This document shows, in pieces, positions 18,288-28,700 of a DNA stretch of 64,000 bases; position 1 is the stretch's first letter, and every line of letters starts with the position of its first letter. The notes beneath the pieces were generated by a model. It made no database searches, was not told where the DNA came from, and saw only the letters and a program-made list of their open reading frames with translations. Source of the DNA: Rhodanobacteraceae bacterium (GTDB lineage: Bacteria > Pseudomonadota > Gammaproteobacteria > Xanthomonadales > SZUA-5); contig JANOQN010000074.1 in the NCBI GenBank assembly GCA_031422315.1, positions 19,444 to 83,443 on the forward strand, given 5' to 3'. Both the position numbers and the translations under genes were made by a program.

Positions 18288-19436
18288 CTATTTTTTAAAG
18301 GCCCAGCGCGATTTATCTTGCACGAACTTTGCCGCATCCAGCAAATCAGTCGGCTGATAGCTGCTGTACAAATTGGGTGGGAAAGCATTTTTGTAGCGCT
18401 CGAACACCGGCTGGTAAAGCTCCCAGTGCACCATTGGCTGACGATGCCGCGCTCGGAACTCCTGGATCGGAATGCGTGCGGTAATGCATTGCTCCAGCTT
18501 GCCATCGGCTTCCACGATGAGTTTGCCATCCGGCCCGTAAATCGCAGAGCCACCCGAACCCGAATCCTCAAAAAACGTGGTGTTTTCAGGCGATGCGGCA
18601 TTATTAACAATCGCCACATAGGCGCTGTTATAGAGCGCGGTGGCTTGAATATCGAGTGGGGTAAATCCACCGCTTGCGGTACGCAGCATAATCTCCGCAC
18701 CTTTAAGCGCGAACGCGCGAAATAATTCGGGCTCACGCTGCACGGATGAAGTAATGATATTACCATACGGCGTGCGAGTAACAGGAATTACGGCATCAAT
18801 ACCGTAGCGCTCGATATATTCATCTAACACGTCATAAATCGTGGTAGTGAACAGCTCAAAGCCGGTAAACACACCTTTAATATTGCGCGCTTTCCAGTGT
18901 TTGTCGACAATGTTTCCGTCCGGCCCAACAATGGTTGTAATTGACAGCACATGATTAGGCCAGGTTTTATCCTTCACATACGAGCCAAACACAATATAAC
19001 AGCCGTATTCTTTAGCTTTGGCAGCAATTGCGGATACTTCAGGGCCCGGAACTTCGATTGCAAACTCCAGTATTTCTTTGCGCGTCCATTTTTTCCAACC
19101 GGTCAACGGAAACTCATGGAAAAATAATATATCCGGCCGACCGCCGCTGGTAAAATAGAACGCGCGATCAATGCTGTCCAGCATGTGTTTTAGGTTTTCC
19201 GCTAATTCTGGTTTCCAGTTATCCGCCGCAATCGCGCGAATTTTCGACTGCACCACGCCGAGTGTGACCACCGGCTTACTCAGCGGCACGCTGGCGTAGC
19301 CGCCATCGTTTTGCATTGAAAGCGTATCGGATGCTGCGGTTTTGGGCATCGCCGCGTGCACCGATTGACCCGCACCTAGCGCCGCGATTGCACTCAAACC
19401 TGCGGCAGATCTCAAAAAGTCACGTCGTGCGCTCAT
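18288..19436 (-). CDS. carbon-nitrogen hydrolase (nitrilase superfamily) with twin-arginine (Tat) signal peptide
   Basis: N-terminus MSARRDFLRSAAGLSAIAALGAGQSVHA (RRxFLK-like Tat motif). The body resembles CN-hydrolase/amidase family proteins. Confidence 0.6.
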   Translation of the reverse strand: MSARRDFLRSAAGLSAIAALGAGQSVHAAMPKTAASDTLSMQNDGGYASVPLSKPVVTLGVVQSKIRAIAADNWKPELAENLKHMLDSIDRAFYFTSGGRPDILFFHEFPLTGWKKWTRKEILEFAIEVPGPEVSAIAAKAKEYGCYIVFGSYVKDKTWPNHVLSITTIVGPDGNIVDKHWKARNIKGVFTGFELFTTTIYDVLDEYIERYGIDAVIPVTRTPYGNIITSSVQREPELFRAFALKGAEIMLRTASGGFTPLDIQATALYNSAYVAIVNNAASPENTTFFEDSGSGGSAIYGPDGKLIVEADGKLEQCITARIPIQEFRARHRQPMVHWELYQPVFERYKNAFPPNLYSSYQPTDLLDAAKFVQDKSRWAFKK

Positions 19437-19538
19437 GTTTTGCTCCTTGGAATTGGTAAATTTTCTTTAAGCGATTCTGCGTCGCGAAGCCGGTAAAACT
19501 CAATGCCCCGCATGAAAACAAGCTCAGCAATTTGAAGT

Positions 19539-22500
19539 TTAGTAGCGACACAACTCAGACTCGGCATTTTTTCCCTGGCTTATCTGCTGCAAAAACTCTG
19601 CAACTGTCATATCCGCCTCCTCAAGCTCTTTTTTGTCAATAATAATAGTTTCTTCTTTATTACCGATTGACGCATTCGGGTTTCGAACGTCAGAGGTTTT
19701 CAGCGCAGTGATTTTATTCTGACCTTTTGGTAAATTTGCTGGCACTGCAACACCACATTTTTCGGGCAATCTTGCATGCGCAATTTCCTGATCATAGGAA
19801 TAGCGATACTCCCAACGGCCTTCGGGTAGAACTGCAATAGCAGCCAACAGAAGCTGACTCTGTGGATCGAATTCAAGCGTTAGCTGCGCGGCCAGTAGGC
19901 TTAGTGGCTCGGCCGCCAAAGCCGTAGATTCACCTGCAACAACCCAGTCTGTGTGTGCAAATGCGAGCGTCAAGCGCTGGCAACGCACGCCTTCACAATC
20001 CGCATCGCGTAGTTTTGCGGCAAGCAGCGTTTGAGTGCTTAAGTCCAATGGCAACAACAGCTCATCACCCACGCCGCTCGATGCGTTGCACGACCAGCCA
20101 TCTTCTGCACTAGGCGTTTTGCCGGCGGTAAATCGTGCGAAATCAACGCTCGCGTTCGCCTGCGCCGGATATTTCAATGAACATAAGCGCTTATCCGTCA
20201 CCAAATAAGCGCCGGTTGCGCGAATCTCTCGCAGGAAAAACGGAGCATACTGCAGCTCATCGGTGCCAAAATCACGCACGTTGGGCACAAATCCCATGCG
20301 GCGTGTGACGCGTAATCCGTGCTGAATTGCGGCGTTTGAGGCTTCAGTGATGCGCACTAACTGGGCAAATTCAGCCGCTAACCCGGCCTGCATTTTTGCA
20401 GGTAAGGTTGATTTGATTAGGCCTTGAAGCTTTACTTTAGGTGCATCAACAAGCTTTAGTTGAATCGGTAAAAGCACTTGCTCAGCCACATCAAAAATAG
20501 GCAGCTGCTCGGCTTCGATTAAATGTCTAGCTGTGGAAATTAGCGTCGTTGCGGCAATTTTCCAAGGCACGTTCTTGACCGATTCGGGCGGGGGCAAGCC
20601 GTCAAGACCCTTGATCGCAAAAGTAAACAGTCTATTTCCAGCCGTGCAAATGCTAGCCGCGTAGTGCAGCCACCATGGAGCATTGGGCTGCCTCATTGCC
20701 GCGAGTCGAGGCAATGCCTTGGCGGGCGAAAATATCTCGCTATTGCTACTCATGCATCTATGCCGGGTATAGGCTAATAGAATTGCGTCACTTGGCTCTG
20801 ACAATGCTTCAATCGCTTGAAGTGCGAGCAGCAGCTCGGACTGCTCGACTTGTCGAAGTCCCTTCGCAATGCGGTCCACCGCAGCCGTTGAATACTTGCC
20901 GGCCTGATCGTCTTTTATTGCCTTATCGAGCAATAATTCCGACTGTGTTGCTGTCGTTTGCGCCAGCATAGGTATAACACCATGGCAGGCATTCACTTCG
21001 CCTTTTTCACAGCGCTGGGATAGGAGCTCAAACGGGTTTTTGCTTTTGCCTGCTTCGAATTGCAAAGAGGTAATGGCGCGGGTTTTGGGATCGGTGATGC
21101 GCTCCAGAAAGTCGGAATACGCTTCGCTTATCGGCACGCCTTTTAGTGCAAGTAGGGGTAACTCGGGTGGGATTTTTTGCCCGTAGTAGACTTCGCTCAT
21201 TGCGCTGTTTATTGCAGCTTGCAACTGACCCTGCTGGTAAAGAAACGAAGTCAGTGCGCGATGCGCGGCTGTTCGCACTTTCTCCCCAGCATTAAAATTT
21301 GCTGCGCTTATTTCCAAAAATCGTTGGCGCCATTCATCCGACATTACCGACGCTTCGCCATTTTCCAGGCACAAGCGAATGGGAAAAGCGAGACTGGCTT
21401 CTGTTGCTTGGCAATAGCTATCCGCAGATACTAATTTCTTACGGATAACGCCATCAGTAATCGTAGCAAACGCTGAAATTGCTGGACTTAAAATTGAATT
21501 GGATGGTCTTGCTAGCCAGCGGTCGCGAAGATTTTCAGGGGCGTCTTTTCGACTAAGTACCGAGGCCGCGAAAACTTGCGCAGCTGCATTTCCCCTAAAA
21601 GCATGGCGAAGTATGTAGTCGTAAAACTCTGGCGCTTTGGTAACTTCTGGAAGAATAAAATCGAGCGTGCTGGAGCCCAAATTGATCTCTGCGGTCTCAA
21701 GTAAAAGCATGCCTGCTTCGCGCTCAGCGTTTGAAGTCAGCCCTAACAGGCGATCAGACGCCAGCGTTACAAGTGCAACCGGGTTTTCTTGTTCCGCCAG
21801 ATTAAGAAGGGGTTCGACATCCTGTGCGCTGCATTTAAGCGTTAGATCTTCTGCACAAATTGCGAGTGCATAACGAGCTAGCATGGGCTGCTCTGCATAT
21901 TTAGTTCGTACCCATGTGAGCACATCTTTGAATGCAACGCCTTGCAGTATCTTTGAGTTAAATTCTGCGTTGACAATGCTTCCATGAACTGACGAAATCG
22001 TTTCAACAATGAGTGTTGTTTTGCTGCTGGGCGCTACAAAACGATGTCGATCCAAACGTGCACCTAAGTCTTCACCAAGCAAGTCGATATAAACCACCGT
22101 CCCGGTGACTTTTTCGGTTGGTAGGTCATCACTCGTAGGGTTTTTTCGAATGGCGCTCTTGCGCGTGAGCAAAGTTCTCACTACCAACATATCGTAGCGG
22201 CTGAGGATGATTTCTTGCATTTCCACTTCAGCACCGATCACGTCGGCAAGCGCCCAAACTTCATACAAACTAAATGCGGGTGTGGGCTCTAACGTACTCG
22301 TTCCCCGCTGACCCTGCAGCATCCTATAAAAATTAGCCTCAATGCGCTGTTCAAACAGCTCAAACGGCTGATTCAGCGCTTCGGCGCAGCGCTTTTGCAT
22401 GAGTGCAAAATGCAAGGCAAACGGGTGCGCGCGCGCCGAGGCCTCCAGCGCTTTTGCATTCGCTTCGCAGCGGGTAGCGGAAGGATTTAGCGTAATTTCT

Positions 22501-22724
22501 TTTCGGTGCAGATCGTGCGCTTGAATAATCCATTCGCGATTTACACCCGCTAGAAAAATCTGATAGAGCGCATCGGATAGTTGATTAGTAGGCTTTTCAT
22601 AATGCTGCTGCGCTGCGGTGCTTGCTTTTTCGGTAATACGCGGCGGTGCTTGTTCGGCGGCGGCAATCGTTACGACGATCAATCCAGCCAGTAACATAAG
22701 CACCCATTTGCGAGCGGGCATCAC
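19539..22724 (-). CDS. large secreted/periplasmic protein of unknown function (1061 aa)
   Basis: N-terminal signal peptide and TM (WVLMLLAGLIVVTIAAA). Helical-repeat-rich. Overlaps the upstream DUF3857-like gene by 4 bp. Confidence 0.55.
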   Translation of the reverse strand: MMPARKWVLMLLAGLIVVTIAAAEQAPPRITEKASTAAQQHYEKPTNQLSDALYQIFLAGVNREWIIQAHDLHRKEITLNPSATRCEANAKALEASARAHPFALHFALMQKRCAEALNQPFELFEQRIEANFYRMLQGQRGTSTLEPTPAFSLYEVWALADVIGAEVEMQEIILSRYDMLVVRTLLTRKSAIRKNPTSDDLPTEKVTGTVVYIDLLGEDLGARLDRHRFVAPSSKTTLIVETISSVHGSIVNAEFNSKILQGVAFKDVLTWVRTKYAEQPMLARYALAICAEDLTLKCSAQDVEPLLNLAEQENPVALVTLASDRLLGLTSNAEREAGMLLLETAEINLGSSTLDFILPEVTKAPEFYDYILRHAFRGNAAAQVFAASVLSRKDAPENLRDRWLARPSNSILSPAISAFATITDGVIRKKLVSADSYCQATEASLAFPIRLCLENGEASVMSDEWRQRFLEISAANFNAGEKVRTAAHRALTSFLYQQGQLQAAINSAMSEVYYGQKIPPELPLLALKGVPISEAYSDFLERITDPKTRAITSLQFEAGKSKNPFELLSQRCEKGEVNACHGVIPMLAQTTATQSELLLDKAIKDDQAGKYSTAAVDRIAKGLRQVEQSELLLALQAIEALSEPSDAILLAYTRHRCMSSNSEIFSPAKALPRLAAMRQPNAPWWLHYAASICTAGNRLFTFAIKGLDGLPPPESVKNVPWKIAATTLISTARHLIEAEQLPIFDVAEQVLLPIQLKLVDAPKVKLQGLIKSTLPAKMQAGLAAEFAQLVRITEASNAAIQHGLRVTRRMGFVPNVRDFGTDELQYAPFFLREIRATGAYLVTDKRLCSLKYPAQANASVDFARFTAGKTPSAEDGWSCNASSGVGDELLLPLDLSTQTLLAAKLRDADCEGVRCQRLTLAFAHTDWVVAGESTALAAEPLSLLAAQLTLEFDPQSQLLLAAIAVLPEGRWEYRYSYDQEIAHARLPEKCGVAVPANLPKGQNKITALKTSDVRNPNASIGNKEETIIIDKKELEEADMTVAEFLQQISQGKNAESELCRY

Positions 22725-24790
22725 CGATTACCGCCGCGCAGTTTTTTCAGCAGATCACGATATCGCTGCTCGGTGCTTCGTTGATTCGCGTCCTTAGCTT
22801 CACTGTCGCCGGATTTCCAAATAATGCGAAATGAGGCTGCATCTAACGCCCGCTTGCGATTGGCAAAATGCAGTTCTAACTTCTCAACTTGCACCTCGGT
22901 TTTACGCATTTCTAAAGTGTTGCGAACTTCAAGGGTTTGGCCTTTGATTTTGAAGGATTGACGCATTAGAAACGCCGGGTCGTCGATCACCGTTTCCTCG
23001 TTTTGCGTGAAAAACTGCCCGCTCTCTGGTAGCTCGACGATGACGATCTCTTCGGAGCTATACGGATAACGCAAAAACAGCCCTTCCTGGCGCTCAATCA
23101 AGGCAGGCATTTTGAGCGTGCTAGTGATGGATTGGGAGAAAAAATCACTGTAAAAACTTCCGTTGCGCGGCGTCCACATGTTGGTGAATTGGTAGGACTC
23201 TTTCGAGTCAACACGATTTTTGTCGCGAAGATCGCGAAATTCCAACATGTTGGTGCCCGTTTGTTTGCCAAATAGTTGGGTGTAATAGCTGCCGTAGTTT
23301 TCCCGCATTTTTCGCTCGCCCATACCGGAAAACTGTGCGCGTATTTGTTCGGCAATCTCTCCTTGCCACTGCGTTTTGGCTTGCAAGATCGTTTGGCCCT
23401 TGCCATCAACTTGGAAGCGTTCGGTCGTCTCAAGTTGATTGATACGCGCTTTGATCGGCGTCATTTTGTGCAGGCCAAAGGCTGCGTCCGATTCACGCAA
23501 AGGCAGCGCAAAGCCGTAATCTGGAAAAGCCTGCGTGTGTAAATCGCCGCCTTGCGAGCTCATGGTTGGATCCAGCCAATAGCGCTTGCCAGCAAAACGT
23601 AGCTCAACAATCGCGTGATCAAAACTGGTTAAATCCGGCAAATCTTGTTTGATGCCAAGTTGGCGCGTTGCATTCACCAGCGCGGGCGCAGCATCAAAAC
23701 CATTGGCTCGCAAAAGCGCAGTTAATAAGCTTGCTTTGTCTTTGCAATCGCCGTACGCGCGCTCAAGCACCAGCGCTGGCAGGTGCGGCTTGTGCGTGCT
23801 TTGCCCGAACAACACTGCAAAGTAGCGAATTTGATCCTGCGCCAAGCGCAGTGCGGCCACAATATAAGCCTCTTGATCCGCACCGCTTTGCTGTTTGAGC
23901 TTTGTAACTAGCGCATCAAGCTCTGGATTTTTCTGGGCAAGTGCGGGCGCGAACCAGGCTGCGGCAGTGGTTTGTACGGTTTGCCAATCTTGCGTCGGCG
24001 TAATTTGCAGCATTGGGAAAGCCGCACTGCGTGCAGGCAGTTGATCTAAGTAGCGCAGAGGCTCAAGCCGCTCCAACGCAACACTAATCTCGTTTGGCGT
24101 GATTTTTAGCGCGTTCGGCGGCAGGGTAAATTCTCGTTCGCGGCCATATATCCGGTATCGCAGCGTCTGCGGCAGGCTATTCACGACACGAATATGCCGT
24201 TCCAATATCGGTTGCGACCACACCAAACTATGGCGCGTGCCTACGCGATCTTTGAGCAACGGGTGCGCCCCCATCAAGCTGTAGCGCACACGAATTGGTT
24301 CGCTCGGCTTGACATCTTTGAACACAATCAACGCGCTGACTTGACCATCGTAGCTTAAGCTTTCAAATCCGGTTTCGCGACGGCTCAGCGTGATGCTGTC
24401 GGCGCTAAAGCGATCTTCCCAGCGCCCAGCGCGCAAAGTGCTGAGTTCATGAATAATCAAGCGCTGCCAGCTTGGCGCGAATGAAATGCTGAAATTTGCC
24501 GCATCTTTAAGCGCTTCGGTATTGGTGGCTTCGTAAACATAATCCGAATATTCGCCAACGCCCAGCTGGACTTGGCTATCGTCTAACCAAATTCGATAGC
24601 TGCCTGTCTCCGCCTGAAAATCCTTCGGCCATTGCGCTTTCGGAGCATGCTTACTTACAAATGCCGGTTCTGAACCCCGCTCAAACTGATAGCCGTCTTT
24701 TTTGATGACTTCAGCGGTACAAGCACTTGCCATTCCAAGCCCAATGAAGACTGAGGCAATTATATTTTTAGACATAAAAATTGAGGGCAC
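22721..24790 (-). CDS. transglutaminase-like cysteine-protease-fold protein (DUF3857 + transglutaminase-like domain architecture)
   Basis: Signal peptide, an N-terminal beta-rich domain, then a transglutaminase-like core with catalytic Cys context (AYGDCKDKASLLTALLRANGFDAAPALV). Confidence 0.6.
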   Translation of the reverse strand: MPSIFMSKNIIASVFIGLGMASACTAEVIKKDGYQFERGSEPAFVSKHAPKAQWPKDFQAETGSYRIWLDDSQVQLGVGEYSDYVYEATNTEALKDAANFSISFAPSWQRLIIHELSTLRAGRWEDRFSADSITLSRRETGFESLSYDGQVSALIVFKDVKPSEPIRVRYSLMGAHPLLKDRVGTRHSLVWSQPILERHIRVVNSLPQTLRYRIYGREREFTLPPNALKITPNEISVALERLEPLRYLDQLPARSAAFPMLQITPTQDWQTVQTTAAAWFAPALAQKNPELDALVTKLKQQSGADQEAYIVAALRLAQDQIRYFAVLFGQSTHKPHLPALVLERAYGDCKDKASLLTALLRANGFDAAPALVNATRQLGIKQDLPDLTSFDHAIVELRFAGKRYWLDPTMSSQGGDLHTQAFPDYGFALPLRESDAAFGLHKMTPIKARINQLETTERFQVDGKGQTILQAKTQWQGEIAEQIRAQFSGMGERKMRENYGSYYTQLFGKQTGTNMLEFRDLRDKNRVDSKESYQFTNMWTPRNGSFYSDFFSQSITSTLKMPALIERQEGLFLRYPYSSEEIVIVELPESGQFFTQNEETVIDDPAFLMRQSFKIKGQTLEVRNTLEMRKTEVQVEKLELHFANRKRALDAASFRIIWKSGDSEAKDANQRSTEQRYRDLLKKLRGGNR

Positions 24791-24988
24791 TTCGAATTAG
24801 GGCGAGCCTTGGAGTGTGGCTTGAAAGCGTTTGAGATGTCCAATTGCTGTGAGGGTTTCAATAATCAACCTAACAAAAGCGCATTGAGCTTACGATTACA
24901 TTACCGCTGGAATCTTCCTTTTAAGATGGCGCTGTGACAACCAAATCGGAGCCGCGCACTAAATCGCCGTGGGCGTAAATGCTAGGGG

Positions 24989-25768
24989 CTAACGCTGCGC
25001 CAACAACAACTCGCCCTTAATCTCCAGTAAACGCGAGCCCGCAGGCGCATTGCCGTCAAGTATCGGCTGACCGACATATTCCAACGCGCGCAGCAGCTGG
25101 GGATCACTAGTGTTCGGAATGATGCGCACGTTTGAAGTGTAATTGAGCCCGACCAGCTCGAAGCTGCCGTTAACTTGCAGCGGTGGGTTAGCGCCGAGCG
25201 GAGCAATCGTGCCGGTAATGCGATCAGTGCCGCTCAGTGTAATCAGCACGCCGCCGAGCTTGGCATTCGCAGCGCCAGTAACGCCTGCATCCTCCCAAGC
25301 AATATCGCCAAGCGCGCGCAGCGGCCTGCCATCTGGCGCTATTTCAACTTCCGATAGTTTGACGTTCAATCGACCGGTTGGACGCAGCAAAGGAATACCT
25401 AGCGCGGGCGATAACCAGCCAGCATCTGCGTTAGCTGTTAGCTTGCTAATGACGAGTCGACCATCTTGCATGCGTTGCACGGTGGCGTTGAAGGTGTTTT
25501 CTTTTTCATTCAAGCTCACATTGAGTAGGGGCGCCATGCGAATAAGTGAGCCTGCGCTCAGCGTCCAATCTAGTGCGCCTAAAGCCACGCCGCGCACGCG
25601 CAGCTGCTTTGCTTTGCCATGCCACAGCGTACCTTCCACTTGCTCAAAGCTTAGCTCAGGATTGCCTTTACTCAACCAGCCCAGCGCCGCCGTTGCCGGA
25701 AAGGTTGCTAGCCCGATGAGCAAAATAAGCGCGATCAGCAACGACGCCAGCATGAGTTTCTTCAACAT
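24989..25768 (-). CDS. GspN-like (type II secretion protein N family) single-pass periplasmic protein; last gene of the flotillin operon
   Basis: N-terminal TM anchor (MLKKLMLASLLIALILLIGLATF). The ~250-aa size and Gly/Leu-rich periplasmic region resemble GspN/DUF-type envelope proteins. 6-bp gap to the upstream giant gene. Confidence 0.4.
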   Translation of the reverse strand: MLKKLMLASLLIALILLIGLATFPATAALGWLSKGNPELSFEQVEGTLWHGKAKQLRVRGVALGALDWTLSAGSLIRMAPLLNVSLNEKENTFNATVQRMQDGRLVISKLTANADAGWLSPALGIPLLRPTGRLNVKLSEVEIAPDGRPLRALGDIAWEDAGVTGAANAKLGGVLITLSGTDRITGTIAPLGANPPLQVNGSFELVGLNYTSNVRIIPNTSDPQLLRALEYVGQPILDGNAPAGSRLLEIKGELLLAQR

Positions 25769-25773
25769 TAGAC

Positions 25774-28700
25774 TTAAAATCCTTCGGTAGTCGGTTTGGC
25801 TTTTGGTTTTGCAACGGGCGCACCGGTTCGCTTTAACACGGCATCTAAATCAGTACGGATATTGCGCACATGATCCCAGGTGGCGTGATCGAGCGTCATC
25901 TTGTGGTGCATGGCTGACACCAGCGGCACCAGGGTTTCCTCGTACGATTTCACCAAGCGCTCAAACGCGGTATTGAGCGCGGCTGGTGTGTCCAGACTGG
26001 CTTTGACATGCGCATTGACCACCGGCGCTTTGGGCTCAGGCCTATTGGCAAAAGCCATAAAATCACTGCGCAAACCTTCTAAAACGAGCGCGGCCTGCTT
26101 GAGTGCTGGCTGATCGCGCTGTTTTTCCAATTGCACGGCAATTTCAGATAGTAAGTTAGCTACTTTAGTGGCGCCATCGGAATGCTTGCCGCCTTGCAAC
26201 AGCAGTCGGCGGAAGTTATCGCACAGTGATTCCCAGCGTTCGGCCTGCGTATCGGTCAGCGCACCTGAAATTCTGGCTAGCTTTAGCAAGTTTTCCTCTG
26301 CGCGCGCACCCAGCGTTTGTGCTTCGCCCCGGTAATGATCGGCGATTAAATCCCGCAGCTCATTTGGTTCCATCAAAGGCGATAGCTGCGCAGTCAGCTT
26401 GATCATATTGCGATAGCTGCCCTGCAATTTAAACGGTGGCTCGGTGCGGTAGGCGTCATCTTGCGCGGCTGAGGCCACATAAGCCGCGTTGACTTTACTC
26501 AACACTTCCCGCACGTCGATCATGCGCTTGAGCACTTCAATGGCATCGTTTGCTTGCCTAAGCTCGCTCGGCAGCACGCCTTCGCCGCCGCCTGCGATGG
26601 TAATTGCGCTCAATACCGCCTCGCGACCCAGCTCACTAATGGCTGCGGTCAGCGAGTTAGACGTCATCGCGTTTTCTAAATAAGAATCATTGAACAAGGC
26701 TTCGCGCCCGCTCAGCACATCGCCTAAGTTGTACACATCGGCTCGGTTCGCCAGCATATCTGGGATGCGAAATACCTCACCCGATTCGGTGTATGGGTTA
26801 CCAGCCATGACAATCGCAAAGCGCTTGCCGCGCAAATCCAGGCTGCGCGCACTGCCGTCGTCAATCGCATCAATGCGTCGCGTAGCATCGGAAAGTGAGA
26901 TGAATTTTTGAAAAAACTCTGGATTCAGATGCTGGATGTCATCTAAATACAGCATGACGTTATTGCCCATCAGCAAGCCTAAATTGAGCTTTTGCAGCTC
27001 CTCGGCCGCGCCTTTGTGGCTACACTGCGCTGGATCTAAGGACGTCACTTCATGGCCCAGCGTCGGGCCGTTGATGCGCACAAAAATCATGCCGAGCCGA
27101 TCCGCCAGATATTCCATCAGCGTGGTTTTGCCATAGCCGGGTGGACTAATCAGCAACAATAATCCAGAGCGATCTGGGCGCTGATCTTCCAGCGTGCCAA
27201 TTTGTTTGGCTAAGTTATTACCAATGAGCGGCAAATACAGCTCGTCAATCAATCGATTGCGCACGAAGCCCGCCATCGGCTTGGCTTCAAACTGCGATAA
27301 ATTCAACACGCTGCGTCGCGCTTCCAACAGCCAATGCTTGGCCGCCGCATAGTCACGGAACAGCGCCATAGTGACGTCGCAAAAATAGCGCAAGCGCGCG
27401 TTAAATTCCGGCAGCCTGAGCGCTAATTTACCCTCGACAATTCGCCCGTGCTGCCCTAACAAACCGCTTACTTGCAAATCCAGCTCAGCGTTGACACGCT
27501 TGCAGGCAGGTGCCAGCAGCGCAATGGCCGCCGCTTCGATAGCCGTGTCAAATGGCAGCGTCAGCTGGGTTTGCACCAATTCCGTCAAAGTATGCAGGCG
27601 CTCACGCAGGCCGCCGCGCGCTGAGCGCAAAGCAGCAAGCAGCGCTTTGGGCAGCGCAGCTTCTAAATGCAGTGCGGCATCTTGCGCAAGCCCGAACACT
27701 GGAAATTCTGCATCTGATCCTAAAACCCGAACCACATGCTGGGCGCAAGCGGCAACGACGCGCGCGTCAAACCCGAGTTCAGTTGCTAAGCTTTTCAGCT
27801 CAGCCATTTCGCGCTCAGATAGCAGCAGCTCGGCTTTCGGATTTGCCTGTAAAAGCAGCATGCGCGCTTGGCAAAGCGATTTGATTTCATCCAAACGATT
27901 GCTCAGCTGCTGCTGCACCCAGCACATGCCCAGCACGCGCGCAGTTGCAGGCACGATGAGTTCACCGGCGAGCGCTAGCTTGGGCGCCATTGCGGCGAGT
28001 ATCAACGCGGCATCGAAGTCATGAATGCCGCGCTGATAATCTTCCGCCGGGCGCTCAGCGGCAAAACGGGCAACTTGCTCTAGGCGCGCATCAAAACTCA
28101 AGCCGGGCTCGTTCGCACGCTGCTGGCTCATGCACAAAAACGCCAGCGTCTCACCGCGATAGACCTGCACGGATTCACTTACCAACGTTTGCCCAGTCAG
28201 CGCGCTGTAGCGCTCGGCGTCGTCAATTTGGATTGCGCGGCGATAGTCGGTGCCGCTAATGACCAGCGCCAGGCCGTTTGGCTCATGCACGATGGCCAGC
28301 TCAATTTGGCGATTCGCAACGGTAAATCGGTGTTTGCCTAATTTGAGCGATTGGCCATCAGTGCCGAGCTCAGCGCGATCTCGCAAATCGCGCAGTGCGG
28401 CCTCTTTCGCGCTTTTCATGCGGCCGCTTAGCTCATCTGCGAGTACGGCTTCATCAAGTTGGCGCAGCTGCTCGATCTGCGCACGGGCGCGATCAATCAG
28501 CGGATCGGAGGCAAAAAACGCCTGCAGTGCGCCCATGTCGGTCAGCTTTAACAGCCGTTTCGGAAGGCTTTCGAAGGTTCGTAAAATGCCGGTTTTGAGC
28601 GTTTGCACACGCACATCGCGCTCGGCACGCAGCTGTTCGCGCCTGGATCCTAGCGCCTCTAACACTGCTTCGCGGCGCTGGCTCAGCGCATCAGCAAACT

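Noticed and set aside
24989-25768. Calling this a bona fide T2SS GspN
   Set aside because: Only size, topology and vague compositional similarity support it, and no other gsp genes are nearby; kept as a 'GspN-like' feature at low confidence.
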